Positions 10,165 to 20,188 of a stretch of 64,000 bases of DNA are shown here, piece after piece. Under the pieces are notes generated by a model that saw only the letters and a list, made by a program, of their open reading frames with translations, had not been told where the DNA came from and made no database searches. A program made the translations under genes and the position numbers. The stretch comes from Bryobacterales bacterium. Its GTDB lineage: Bacteria; Acidobacteriota; Terriglobia; Bryobacterales; Bryobacteraceae. The stretch lies in NCBI GenBank assembly GCA_003142185.1, contig PLOR01000022.1:2336-66335 (forward strand). The letters are read 5' to 3'. Positions within the stretch are counted from its first letter, which is position 1. Every line of letters starts with the position of its first letter.

Positions 10165-10383
10165 TTGCAGCCAGCCGGAGGATTCATGAGCGACCGCGTG
10201 GAGTTTGATATTGTCTGTCCCAACAATCACAACCAGACAGTTAGATTTAGCCCGGAAGAATTCGACGCGGCGTTGAAATCCGACACGTTGGTGTTCCACT
10301 GTAATACATGCGACACGGACTGGACTCCATCCAGTGAAGAAATCGCCGAACTTCGAAAGCAATTCTCGAAGAATTCAAGCTAG
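10165..10383 (+). CDS. Small hypothetical protein with possible zinc-ribbon (CPNNH...CNTC)
   Basis: 72-aa ORF in a locally lower-GC patch. It has paired Cys/His motifs, and no family was recognised. Confidence 0.4.
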   Translation: MQPAGGFMSDRVEFDIVCPNNHNQTVRFSPEEFDAALKSDTLVFHCNTCDTDWTPSSEEIAELRKQFSKNSS

Positions 10384-10531
10384 CTCCGGCAGAAAGGTTT
10401 TGTTGTGGACGTCGCCGATCCACTTTCCAGAAACCCCGTTTAGCATCTGGAATCCTAATGCACTGGGCCAGGGATCGGTACGATGACATGAATCTGCGAG
10501 GGCTTTCGCGGGGCGTCGCATCGTCGTACAA

Positions 10532-10765
10532 TCATTGTCGGGCGGCATAGTACAGGCAGGAGCATTGCGTGATGCTTGACAGGCGGCCCATCGAGCCGTA
10601 CTGGCAACTCAAGGGTGTCGGCCGGTAAACCGTTGCGCCGGATAGGACTTGCGAGGTCGTCCCGCCTTGATTATCCCACGTGTAGGTGGCCTTGAAAGTC
10701 CATCGCACGGATGGGATGTGGAATTGCAGTGCGGTGCCGCGGCCCGCCTGATCGTAACGGTACAA
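10532..10765 (-). pseudogene. Possible YD/RHS-repeat fragment
   Basis: YRYDQAGR and YTWDNQGG match the YD-repeat pattern. The ORF is only 77 aa with no surrounding RHS core. Confidence 0.25.
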
Positions 10766-10838
10766 GGTAGAAAGAGGGGTCGGACCCGTTCAGGTTTATC
10801 TCAGCCAGGAGACCGGCAGCTAATGAATAATTGCTGCG

Positions 10839-11771
10839 GTGGCTTCGGACTCTCTCAGGGGCTCCCTGACGGCCTTCTGGAGCGAGGCGCTGGGAATGGC
10901 CAGGCACATGCTTCTTATTCAATCGATGTTACGAATTTTATTGATCTCCGGCCTGCTTGGTTCCGTTGCGGGCGGCGCGCTGCACGCCGACGCCATCAGC
11001 GAGGCGCGGCCCGCAACCCTCGAAGCGGGTTACCGCCAGATGTACAATCTGCAATTCGCGCAGGCACATGAGACGTTTCGGGACTGGGAAGGGATCCATC
11101 CGGACGATCCGCTGGCGGCGGCTTCGGACGCCGCGCAGTACCTGTTCGCGGAATTCGACCGGATGCACATTCTGCAGTCGGAATTCTTCACTCACGACCA
11201 ACACTTCATCACCGACCACAAGCTGACGCCCGATCCGGCGAGGAAGCAGCGCTTCCGGGAAGCGCTGGCCGTCAGCCGCGGGCTGGCCAATCGCAACCCC
11301 AGGGAATCCACGGCCGAGTTCGCCGCGGTGCTGTGCGATGGGCTGGAATCCGACTATATGGCGCTGATCGAAAAGCGCTATGCGGCCTCCTTTGCGCGAA
11401 TGAAGGCTTCGCGCACGCGCGCCGAGAAACTGCTGGCGGCCAATCCCACATACTATGATGCCTGGGTGGCGGTGGGGCTGGAGAACTATATGCTGAGCGT
11501 GAGACCGGCGCCGGTGCGCTTTCTCTTGCGGGTGGGGGGTGGCCAGACCGACAAGGCGCTGGGCCTAGAAAAGCTGCGGCTGGCGGCAGAGAAGGGCCAC
11601 TACCTGGCGCCCTTTGCGCGGCTGCTGCTGGCGGTGGCGGCGCTGCGCGACCACCACCAGGACCAGGTCCGAAGCCTGCTGGACGGCCTATGCCACGATT
11701 TTCCCGAGAATCCGCTGTATGCATTGGAACTTGGCCGGCTGGGACCGATTGCGGCGGGATCCACACCCTAA
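10839..11771 (+). CDS. Hypothetical secreted/helical protein
   Basis: 310-aa ORF. An internal Met precedes a signal-like LLISGLLGSVAGGALHA segment. The rest is a helical, TPR-like composition, and no family was recognised. Confidence 0.5.
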   Translation: MASDSLRGSLTAFWSEALGMARHMLLIQSMLRILLISGLLGSVAGGALHADAISEARPATLEAGYRQMYNLQFAQAHETFRDWEGIHPDDPLAAASDAAQYLFAEFDRMHILQSEFFTHDQHFITDHKLTPDPARKQRFREALAVSRGLANRNPRESTAEFAAVLCDGLESDYMALIEKRYAASFARMKASRTRAEKLLAANPTYYDAWVAVGLENYMLSVRPAPVRFLLRVGGGQTDKALGLEKLRLAAEKGHYLAPFARLLLAVAALRDHHQDQVRSLLDGLCHDFPENPLYALELGRLGPIAAGSTP

Positions 11772-12021
11772 TGGAATTGCGTATTCTACCGATAAAAAGG
11801 CGTAGTGTCCGGAAACTGGATCTGCATGAAACCGCGATAGTTCCGCCATTGCCCCGTACTCGCGATAATGGGCCTTGAAGACCCAGCGAGTTCTCGGCCC
11901 ATTCCGGTTTCTGCTGATCGCCGTTTCCGGAATTTCCTCTCCACGCACTTTGTTGCGCACTTGGCAAAAGTGGAAGACCAGGCCGCCTCCCGCGGGATTC
12001 AGGTGCGCATCGAACGTCATC

Positions 12022-12806
12022 GCTGCCGATCCCAAGCACATCGGTGCCGAGATCGGCTTCCTGAGTGTTCTGCATACCTGGGGCCAGACCTTACAGCCGC
12101 ATCCCCACGTTCACTGTGTGGTGCCCGGCGGCGGGTTGTCGCCGGATCATCAACAGTGGATCCGTGCGCCCAATCACTTCTTCCTGCCGGTAGGGTGCTG
12201 AGCCGGGTCTTTCGCGGCAAGTTTGTAGCGGGGCTACGACGAGCCTTTCGCCAGGAGAAGCTCGTCTTCTTCGGAACCTGCGGATCACTGGCTCAGCCGA
12301 AGGCGTTCTATGATTTCCTGCGAACACTATTCCGCGACGACTGGGTCGTGTACGCTAAGAAGCCTTTCGGCGGGCCGGAACACGTGCTCCACTACCTTGC
12401 CCGCTACACGCATCGCGTCGCCATCTCGAATCATCGCCTGGTCGAGATCGCCGATACTCAGGTGAGCATCCGCTGGAAAGATTATGCGCACTACAGCAAG
12501 CGCCGCGTAATGACGCTGACACACGAGGAGTTCTTGCGGCGTTTCCTCCAGCACGTCTTGCCTCGCGGGTTTCCCCGCATCCGCTACTTCGGGTGGTTTG
12601 CCAACCGCCGGCGTGGAGCGCTCCTGCCGCTTTGCCGTACGCTGCTGGCCCTCCAACCAACACCGGTTCCGATAAAGCCGGCCGTGGCGCCGATGCTCTG
12701 GCTGTGCCCTTGCTGTCAGGGAACCATGCGGGTCGTCGAACGGCTGACGGCCAGCCAACTACGCCGAGAGGAAAGTCGCCCGGTCAAACGCCTTGACAGC
12801 TCTTAA
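12022..12806 (+). mobile_element. IS91-family (HUH, Y2) transposase remnant: 5'-truncated with one frameshift near 12190
   Basis: The HUH motif HTWGQTLQPHPHVHCVVPGGG is in the frame of ORF 11875..12201. The sequence continues in ORF 11868..12806 with RVLSRVFRGKF..., the two-Tyr motif YLARYTHRVAISNHRL and a C-terminal CPCCQG. The N-terminal 150-200 aa are missing. Confidence 0.8.
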
Positions 12807-13358
12807 CACCGCACCACTTTCGTTCACTGGGCGTGGCTTCGGCGACACCTTACTTCACGTGTGTCTGCTCCGTCCACACGACTGCTTTTCGTCCCCCGCA
12901 TTGCCTGACAACGGTATTGCCGCAGCCCTTTCCAGCCGGGATCTCGCCCCGCCCCAGTCCTGCAACCTCCGTCAGCCGTACTCTATCCCGGACTCCACTG
13001 GAGACATCAGCATTCAAAACCCATATTTCGCGGCACCCCAGGCGCCGCGCCAGTCGCTTCCTTCTTACGACTCTATCCGAAACGGCCCGGCCTCTGCCTC
13101 ACGCCCGTTTCACCCAAGCATCGTCGGCCGGGCCGCTTCCGATAGAGATCTAGCGTGACTCGCCCGGAACCATCAATCGCGGGCGGAAAACGTTCCTAAA
13201 CGCTGCGCGGCTACTCATGAGGAATCCTCAGCAGGGAATCATGAGGCGGCCGGAGTCGAAGTTCCTTCGGCCGTTGTCCGGCTGGTCATGAGAGCACTTC
13301 GCGGGCTCGCTCGATCCAGATTAAGCGGCGCGTGCGATGAACGATCACCACTGCGAAG

Positions 13359-13550
13359 CTAGGTGGCGAAGTGCTGCTTCAGCCAGATGATCTGGGAGCG
13401 GATTTGGAACCCGCAGGACTGCAGGCCCAACTCCACCTCGGCGGCGTGAATGCCCGCATGCCAGACGTAGGCGACATCGCCGGGAAACAACTCCCAAGCG
13501 GCGGACCAGTCGACCCGATCGTCGTTGCGATCTTGCCACCTTGGCGGGTC
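13359..13550 (-). pseudogene. DNA (N4/N6) methyltransferase fragment of phage/plasmid ParB-methylase type
   Basis: My minus-strand translation reads DPPRWQDRNDDRVDWSAAWELFPGDVAYVWHAGIHAAEVELGLQSCGFQIRSQIIWLKQHFAT*. It shows a DPPY-like motif plus the NDD..DW...YVWH...IRSQIIW.K pattern. A stop lies 3 codons upstream and a premature stop follows. Confidence 0.55.
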
Positions 13551-13879
13551 CGCGGGTTACCTCGGGGCGGTTGAGGACATCAAGCAAATACTGGGACCGG
13601 GAGAGTCAGCCCCCGGATTCGGTATCCTCCACGCTGCCGGTCTGGGCTCTAAACGCAGCGCAATAAGGCGGGGTTGATTCTGTAGTCGGCGTGTCACAGG
13701 AGCAACGCCGTTCGAAAGTTGATGCAAGATTTGCACTTTGCGTACGGAAGGTGCAGGCGCGTTATCCCGGCAAGTGAGTGAAAGGTCTCACTCCGTGCGC
13801 GGCATGCAACTTGCTCAGAGAAGATAGTTGGAGGTCCATATCGGAAATTCCGGCTAGAAGCCCAAAGCAGAAATGCCGG

Positions 13880-14080
13880 TGGAAATCTCCGCCAAAATGC
13901 AACACTCCAACAAGGAGAAGCGTCACATCTCCAAACAGGCGGCAGAGTGAGCCGTTCTTGCTCGAGGTGCGGGGTGTCATCAACCTCAAGGGCAAGGGCC
14001 AGGTGAAGACTTGGTTCCTGGGCTGCCGGAGCGCCGATAACACCGCTATGACCGCGGCGAGAAGGCGGAGCGCCAAGTGA
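13880..14080 (+). pseudogene. Class III nucleotidyl-cyclase C-terminal remnant
   Basis: The ORF ends ...EPFLLEVRGVINLKGKGQVKTWFLG, matching the F.FE.RG...KGKG...TYFL end of cyclase domains. Upstream residues (VEISAKMQHSNKEKRHISKQAAE) appear only in a shifted frame. Confidence 0.4.
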
Positions 14081-14550
14081 TCGTCCACGCCTGGGAAAGA
14101 AGCCCGGTGCTGATCGTCATGGCCGGCGCACGTGCCTGTGCCATCCCGCTGCACCACGTGGCGGAGACCATGCGCCCTCTCCCGATTGAGCCCGTTGCCG
14201 GGACGCCAGGTTTCGTGCGGGGCGTGTCCGTAATCCGTGGTGCGCCGACTCCCGTCGTCGACCTCAAGGCGCTCTTGGAGAACGGCGAAAACAGCGCAAC
14301 CTATGGTCGCTTTGTGACCATAAAGCTAGGAGAGCGGCGGGTGGCCATCGGCGTGGATGGCGTTGTCGGCTTGACGAACCTCGATTCGGCCCAGCTTGGA
14401 GACTTGCCGCCGATTCTGCGAGATGTCGCCGCCGACCTCATCGAGGCGATCGGCACCCGCGACGCGCAGCTCCTCGTTGTGCTTCGTGCTGCGCGCATCG
14501 TTCCCGATGAAGTCTGGACAACCCTCGCGGCGGCGGAGGCGACGCGATGA
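14077..14550 (+). CDS. cheW: CheW-like coupling protein (WspB-like position)
   Basis: 157 aa with a GTG start. The CheW pattern is present: AIPLHHVAETMRPLPIEPVAGTPGFVRGVSVIRGAPTPVVDL...VAIGVDGVVGL. The stop overlaps the cheR start. Confidence 0.85.
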   Translation: MIVHAWERSPVLIVMAGARACAIPLHHVAETMRPLPIEPVAGTPGFVRGVSVIRGAPTPVVDLKALLENGENSATYGRFVTIKLGERRVAIGVDGVVGLTNLDSAQLGDLPPILRDVAADLIEAIGTRDAQLLVVLRAARIVPDEVWTTLAAAEATR

Positions 14551-16109
14551 CGCCGGTCCTCGACCGAACCGGCCTCGATCAGTTTCGGACCATCATCGCA
14601 CGCCGTCTCGGGCTGCAGTACGAGGACGGAAAGCTCGACTACCTCGCCGAGGTCGCGCGTCGACGTATGGAGTTGGTGGGCAGCACCCGCTTCGAGTCCT
14701 ACCTCGATCATCTGATTTCTTCGCCCAAGGGCTCCGATGAGTTTCGGGCGCTCGCCGAGGAGCTCACCGTCAACGAGACGTTCTTTTTCCGCAACGCCGA
14801 CAACTTCCGGGCGTTTGCCGAGACTGTTCTTCCCGAGCGGATTCGCGCGAAGACCCGGGAGAAGCGACTTCGCATCCTCTCGGCCGGATGTGCCTCGGGT
14901 GAGGAGCCGTATTCGTTGGCGGTCCTGGTGCGCGAAGCGTTGTCCGACCTCGGAAACTGGGACGTGAAGATCATCGGCCTTGACGTCAACCCGGCGGTCC
15001 TCGCGAAGGCGGCCCAAGCCCGCTACTCCGCCTGGTCGCTTCGGGCAACCTCGGAGGACGCCAAGCGCCGCTACTTTCGGGCAGACGGTCCGGACTTCGT
15101 GCTCGCTCCCGCAATTCAGAAGATGGTGACTTTCGAGGAGCGTAACCTCGTCGATGAAGACCCTCTCTTCTGGCAGTCGCTCGCCTGCGACGTCGTCTTC
15201 TGTCGAAACGTTCTCATGTACTTCACGCCCGACAAAGCGCGTGACGTTGTGCGCCGCATCGGCGGGGCGCTGCTTCCGGGCGGATTTTTCTTCCTGGGCC
15301 ACGCGGAAACACTTCGGGGGCTCACGCAGGAGTTCCATCTTTGCCATACCCACGACACGTTCTACTACCGGCGGCGCGATGCCTCCGAGGCTGTGGTGGC
15401 AACGGCGACATGGGTAGGACTATCCAGGGAGCAAGCGGAGGATTCGCTCCCCGCAGTCGTCGAATCGACGGCATCCTGGGTCGACGTCATTCAACGAGCC
15501 TCAGAGCGAATCGCCACTCTGGCCGATGGCCGTTCTGGTTCGCCGAGCCAAGACGCGCCGCTCACCACCCCGGCCGGTCAGGCCGCTGCGACGGCTGCCC
15601 CGCGCGCGTGGGACCTGGGGCTCGTGCTCGAGGCGCTGAGGCAGGAACGCTTTTCGGACGCGCTGGAACTCATCCGCTCGTTACCCCCGGACTCCCACGA
15701 GGACCCCGACGCATTGCTCCTGCGAGCCGTCCTCCTCACGAACAATGGCAGGCTCGATGAATCCGAGGAAGTCTGCAGCCGTCTCCTCGCTGTCGATGAG
15801 CTCAACGCAGGCGCTCATTACCTCATGGCCCTCTGCCGCGAACATGCCGGCGATTCGACCGGCGCCATCGAGCACGGCCAGACCGCCATCTATCTCGACG
15901 CCGGTTTTGCAATGCCCCACCTTCACCTGGGAATCATGGCCAAACGCTCGGGCGACGCCGCGACCGCGCAGCGTGAACTTGGGCAGGCGTTGATCCTCCT
16001 CGGCCGTGAGGATGCCTCCCGACTTCTTCTGTTCGGGGGCGGGTTCTCTCGGGACACCCTCCTGCAGCTCTGTCGTACGGAGCTGCGCGCCGCTGGGGGT
16101 GAAGGATGA
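14547..16109 (+). CDS. cheR: CheR-type protein-glutamate methyltransferase with C-terminal TPR domain (WspC-like)
   Basis: 520 aa. The sequence TFFFRN...LRILSAGCASGEEPYSLAV...FCRNVLMYF is a CheR SAM-methyltransferase signature. The C-terminal 150 aa are TPR-like. Confidence 0.9.
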   Translation: MTPVLDRTGLDQFRTIIARRLGLQYEDGKLDYLAEVARRRMELVGSTRFESYLDHLISSPKGSDEFRALAEELTVNETFFFRNADNFRAFAETVLPERIRAKTREKRLRILSAGCASGEEPYSLAVLVREALSDLGNWDVKIIGLDVNPAVLAKAAQARYSAWSLRATSEDAKRRYFRADGPDFVLAPAIQKMVTFEERNLVDEDPLFWQSLACDVVFCRNVLMYFTPDKARDVVRRIGGALLPGGFFFLGHAETLRGLTQEFHLCHTHDTFYYRRRDASEAVVATATWVGLSREQAEDSLPAVVESTASWVDVIQRASERIATLADGRSGSPSQDAPLTTPAGQAAATAAPRAWDLGLVLEALRQERFSDALELIRSLPPDSHEDPDALLLRAVLLTNNGRLDESEEVCSRLLAVDELNAGAHYLMALCREHAGDSTGAIEHGQTAIYLDAGFAMPHLHLGIMAKRSGDAATAQRELGQALILLGREDASRLLLFGGGFSRDTLLQLCRTELRAAGGEG

Positions 16110-16648
16110 ACGAGCCCCAACTCGTCGAAAGCAAGGCCGCCGCGCTTCGTCAAGCGTTCGACCAGTCATTCGCCTTGCCACCGCCACCGGCGTCGCAGGA
16201 GGTCGAAGACCTCCTCGCGATTCGCGTGGCGGGCAATCCTTACGCAATTCGTCTTCGCGATATCGCCGGGATAGTAGCGGGACGCAAGGTGGCCCCCGTC
16301 CCCGCTGTCACGCTCGACCTGCTCGGTCTGGCGGGCATCCGCGGTGGTGTCGTCCCGGTGTTCGGACTGGCGTCGATCCTCGGCTACGGACAAGTCCCCG
16401 GTTCGCTCCGGTGGATGATCCTTTGCGGAGCGGAGGAACCCATCGCCCTGGCCTTCTCCGACTTCGAGGGTTACTTGCGACTTCCGAAGTCCTCTCTCCA
16501 TGCGGATGAGAACCTTCGCGCCACACGCCAATACGTGAACCAAGTCGCGAGCACGGAGGCTGAAGCTCGCGCTGTTATCGGCATTCCACTTATTGTGGCA
16601 ACAATCCGGAATCGCATCGGCCATCACCGGTTGGCAAAGGAGCAGTGA
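16106..16648 (+). CDS. cheW: Second CheW-like protein (WspD-like)
   Basis: 180 aa: YAIRLRDIAGIVAGRKVAPVPAVTLDLLGLAGIRGGVVPVF. The start overlaps the cheR stop. Confidence 0.8.
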   Translation: MNEPQLVESKAAALRQAFDQSFALPPPPASQEVEDLLAIRVAGNPYAIRLRDIAGIVAGRKVAPVPAVTLDLLGLAGIRGGVVPVFGLASILGYGQVPGSLRWMILCGAEEPIALAFSDFEGYLRLPKSSLHADENLRATRQYVNQVASTEAEARAVIGIPLIVATIRNRIGHHRLAKEQ

Positions 16649-16651
16649 CCA

Positions 16652-18124
16652 ATGGCTCGTTCGTGGACATTTGGAAAGAAGATCGCGGCTGGCTTCGCGC
16701 TGTCGTTTGTACTCCTGGCGGCGATCGGAGCGATAGCGTATCGGAGCATCAACGCACTTTCGCAAACCAGCGACTCGGTGGCGCACACGCACGTTGTCCT
16801 GGAGCGCATCGCCAGCGTGCTCAGCCTGCTGAAGGATGCAGAGACCGGACAGCGAGGCTACATCATCACCGGCGATGAGAGCTTTCTCGGGCCTTATCAG
16901 GCAGCGGTCCCCGAGATCGCGACAACCGTCAACGACCTCCGGGAGCTGACCTCCGACAATCCCGCTCAGCAGAAGCGGATCGGCCAAGCGGAACCCCTCA
17001 TCGCGGCGAAGCTATTCGAGCTGAAGCGAGTCATCGAGATGCGCAGAAACCGGGATGTCGACCAGGCGATGAAAGCCATACAGGCCGGAGAGGGGAAAAG
17101 GCTCATGGATGAGCTTCGCGGCATACTTGCGGAGATGGAGCGGGAAGAACGAAATCTACTCGAACAACGCGCCGGGGAAGTGCGAGCCGCGGCAACCGGT
17201 GCGACCATTGCCATTACGATTGGGACCCTGTTGTGCCTGCTGGTCGTAACCGCCGCTGGCTTTACAATCACGCGGTCGTTGACGAGTCAAATCGGAGCGG
17301 CGGTTCAGCACATGCAGAGCTCATCCGGCGAGCTGCAGGCCGCAGCCAATCAGCAGGCGACAGGCGCCAAGGAGCAGTCCACCGCGATGAATGAGATCAC
17401 GACGACGATGAGCGAGCTGCGGGCGACGTCGAAGCAGATCGCCGAGAGCGCCCAGCGCGTGGCCCAGATCGCCGAGGAAACGGCCAAAGGCGCGCGCTCC
17501 GGAGAACAGACGGTTTCGAAGGCCAACGACGCGATCGGAAGCATCAAACGAAACGTCGACCTCATCGTGACCCACATGCTCGACCTCGGGAAGAAGTCCC
17601 AGCAGATCGGCGGCATTCTCGAAATCACCAACGAGCTCGCCGAACAGACGAACATCCTCGCGATCAACGCTACCATCGAAGCGGCCGGTGCCGGCGAGAG
17701 CGGCAAGCGTTTCGCCGTGGTCGCCGACGAAATCCGTAAGCTCGCCGACCGCGTCGGGGGTTCCACCAAGGAGATCCGTGGGCTCATCGATGAGATCCGC
17801 GCCGCCGTAAATACGACCGTGATGACCACCGAGGGCGGTACCAAGGCGGTCGACGCGGGCGCCCGTCAGTTCTCGGACGTGGCAACAGCCTTCAGGCAGA
17901 TCGTAAGCCTCGTGAGCACGACCACCGAGGCGGCTCGAGAGATCGAGCTCAGCACGAAGCAGCAGTCGACGGCGGTCGAGCAGGTCCACATCGCCGTCTC
18001 CAACGTCGCGCAGGCGACCAGGGAGACAGAGGCCAGCTCGAGCCAGACGCTCCAGACGGCGTCCCAGCTCGCCAACCTTTCACGGGACCTAATGCGGCTG
18101 GTTCAGCCCCAGGCGAACGGGTAG
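16652..18124 (+). CDS. Methyl-accepting chemotaxis protein with periplasmic CHASE3 domain
   Basis: 490 aa with two TM segments. CHASE3 signature: [40 protein letters not shown]. The conserved MCP hairpin tip is [35 protein letters not shown]. Confidence 0.9.
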   Translation: MARSWTFGKKIAAGFALSFVLLAAIGAIAYRSINALSQTSDSVAHTHVVLERIASVLSLLKDAETGQRGYIITGDESFLGPYQAAVPEIATTVNDLRELTSDNPAQQKRIGQAEPLIAAKLFELKRVIEMRRNRDVDQAMKAIQAGEGKRLMDELRGILAEMEREERNLLEQRAGEVRAAATGATIAITIGTLLCLLVVTAAGFTITRSLTSQIGAAVQHMQSSSGELQAAANQQATGAKEQSTAMNEITTTMSELRATSKQIAESAQRVAQIAEETAKGARSGEQTVSKANDAIGSIKRNVDLIVTHMLDLGKKSQQIGGILEITNELAEQTNILAINATIEAAGAGESGKRFAVVADEIRKLADRVGGSTKEIRGLIDEIRAAVNTTVMTTEGGTKAVDAGARQFSDVATAFRQIVSLVSTTTEAAREIELSTKQQSTAVEQVHIAVSNVAQATRETEASSSQTLQTASQLANLSRDLMRLVQPQANG

Positions 18125-18128
18125 CCGA

Positions 18129-20186
18129 ATGGCGAAGGACCCGTACAAGTATTTCCGTGTCGAGGCGCGGGAGCTCCTCGATGGGCTGTCGCAGGGCATC
18201 CTGCAGCTCGAGAAGGATACCCCCGCGCCCGAGGTCATGGCTCGCCTGCTGCGCCTGGCGCACACGCTCAAAGGCGCCGCCCGTGTGGTCAAGCAGCCTG
18301 GGATCGCCGAGCTGGCGCACACCGTCGAAGGCATTCTGACGACCCATCGTGAGGCCGGACAGCCCCTATCTAAGGAGCAAGGGAGCGAGCTACTGGGCCT
18401 CTTGGACGAGATCGCCTCGCGTCTTTCGGCCCTCGAGCCCGCGAGCGACGTCGTGGTCGCCGGCCCCGCTCGCCCGCCAGCCGAGGAGCCACTGGAAACC
18501 TTGCGGGTCGAGATCCAGGAGATGGACTCGCTGCTTCGCACGGTCACCGAGGCCGGCGTGCAGCTCGGCGCTGTACGCAAGGGACTCGGTGCCGCCGACC
18601 GCCTTCGTGATTTGACGAGCCTACTAGTGGATCTGCTCGTCGCGCGTCCCGGTGAGAACGGGGCCGGAGCCTCTGCGGGCATGGTCCGCGCGCACTCCCT
18701 CGCGGAGGAACTGCGGTCAAGCCTCGATCGCTTTCAGCGCAGCCTTGCTGTCGACCTTGATCGCGTCGATGGGGAGCTTGTCGAGATTCGCGACGTCGCG
18801 CATCGATTTCGGCTGATCCCGGCTCAGACCGTGTTTCCGTCGCTCGAGCGCTCCGTGCGTGACGCAGCCCAGACGCTCGGCAAGCGCGTCGTTTTCGAGG
18901 CTTCGGGCGGCGAGGTGCGCCTCGACGCGAACGTGCTGGCATCGCTGCGGGATGCGCTCATGCACGTGGTGCGCAACGCCGTCGCGCACGGAGTGGAAAC
19001 CGAGGCCGAGCGTGTCGCGCTTGGGAAGTCCCCGGCTGGGCAGGTGCGGCTGGAGGTCTTGCGGCGCGGCGGTCGGGTGGCTTTCGTATGCAGCGACGAC
19101 GGACGGGGCATCGACGTCGAGGCGGTCAGAAGGGCCGCGGTGGATCGAGGGCTCGTGCCCGCATCCGAGGCGAAGTCCCTGCCGGCAGACAAGATCATCG
19201 CGTTGCTTGGCGCCGGCGGACTCACGACGTCAAACGACGTCACCGAATTGTCGGGAAGGGGAATAGGCCTGGATGTCGTGCGGGCGACCATGTGCCGGCT
19301 GAAAGGAGAAATGAGCATTCGTAGCGAGCCGGGGTGCGGTGCGACCGTTGAGGTCCGGGTTCCGATTTCCATCGCATCGCTGCAGGGGATCGTCGTCGAG
19401 GCGGCAGGCGAGTTGGCTGCGATCCCGCTCGACGCCGTGCAGCAGACGCTTCGAGTTCGCGATTCAGAGGTCGTTCGCTCGGCGGAGAGCGACTCGATTC
19501 TCCACAACGGCAACGTCATCCCCTTCTTGCCGCTCGACCGTATGCTACGGCGCTCGGGCTCGGCCGGCCGGAACCGTGGCGTCTGGTCGGCCGTGGTCGT
19601 CGCAGCCGGGGACCGGAGCGTCGCGGTTGGAGTTGACAGGCTGCTTGGCACCTCCAACATCGTGATGAGGGCGCTTCCCGGCGTGGTCGAGGCCGATCCA
19701 GTGGTTTTGGGCGCATCTCTGGATGCCGAGGGCAACCCTCAGCTCGTGCTGGACCCAGGAGGTCTCGTGGCGGCCGCCGAGCGCGGTCGCGGCGCAACTT
19801 CCGAGGAAGCCCGCCCGCGGCGGGCGCCGGTCCTCGTCATCGACGACTCGCTGACGACCCGAGTGCTGGAGCAGAGCATCTTGGAATCGGCGGGCTACGA
19901 GGTCGAGCTCGCCGTCTCGGCCGGGGATGCACTCACGAAGGCTCACGATCGTCGCTACAGCCTCTTCATCGTCGATGTCGAGATGCCCGGCATGGACGGC
20001 TTCGAGTTTGTGGCTCAGACCCGGTCCGACGCGGCTTTGCGCGATATCCCCGCCATCCTGGTCACCTCCAGGAATGGCGTGGAGGACCGGCGGCTAGGAG
20101 AGCAGGTCGGCGCTCGGGCCTACTTCGTCAAGGGCGAATTCGACCAGGGACAGCTCCTGCAAACCATTCGAACGCTGATCGGGTAG
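18129..20186 (+). CDS. cheA: CheA-type histidine kinase fused to a C-terminal receiver (WspE-like)
   Basis: 685 aa. It has an HPt domain (LAHTLKGAARVV), an HATPase domain (HVVRNAVAHGVE, GRGIGLDVV), a CheW-like P5 domain and a REC domain (VLVIDDSLTTR...FIVDVEMPGMDG). Confidence 0.9.
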   Translation: MAKDPYKYFRVEARELLDGLSQGILQLEKDTPAPEVMARLLRLAHTLKGAARVVKQPGIAELAHTVEGILTTHREAGQPLSKEQGSELLGLLDEIASRLSALEPASDVVVAGPARPPAEEPLETLRVEIQEMDSLLRTVTEAGVQLGAVRKGLGAADRLRDLTSLLVDLLVARPGENGAGASAGMVRAHSLAEELRSSLDRFQRSLAVDLDRVDGELVEIRDVAHRFRLIPAQTVFPSLERSVRDAAQTLGKRVVFEASGGEVRLDANVLASLRDALMHVVRNAVAHGVETEAERVALGKSPAGQVRLEVLRRGGRVAFVCSDDGRGIDVEAVRRAAVDRGLVPASEAKSLPADKIIALLGAGGLTTSNDVTELSGRGIGLDVVRATMCRLKGEMSIRSEPGCGATVEVRVPISIASLQGIVVEAAGELAAIPLDAVQQTLRVRDSEVVRSAESDSILHNGNVIPFLPLDRMLRRSGSAGRNRGVWSAVVVAAGDRSVAVGVDRLLGTSNIVMRALPGVVEADPVVLGASLDAEGNPQLVLDPGGLVAAAERGRGATSEEARPRRAPVLVIDDSLTTRVLEQSILESAGYEVELAVSAGDALTKAHDRRYSLFIVDVEMPGMDGFEFVAQTRSDAALRDIPAILVTSRNGVEDRRLGEQVGARAYFVKGEFDQGQLLQTIRTLIG

Positions 20187-20188
20187 CC

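Noticed and set aside
12793-13158. ORFs 12793..13158 and 12833..13153 downstream of the IS91 remnant.
   Set aside because: Their composition is Pro/Ser/Ala-rich and low-complexity, and the two overlap each other in different frames. This is more likely the non-coding IS91 flank.
14301-15353. Long antisense or overlapping ORFs throughout the high-GC genes. Examples: 14301..15353(-), 21004..22185(-), 28356..29291(-), 30319..31257(-), 42381..43346(+), 44393..45457(+), 46891..48516(+), 48860..50047(+), 50844..52130(+), 53954..55861(+), 59404..60807(+), 61017..62273(+), 62313..63695(+).
   Set aside because: Each lies opposite to, or out of frame with, a gene that has clear family motifs. Their translations are Arg/Gly/Pro/Ala-rich with no motifs. 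This is the usual shadow-ORF artefact of high-GC DNA.
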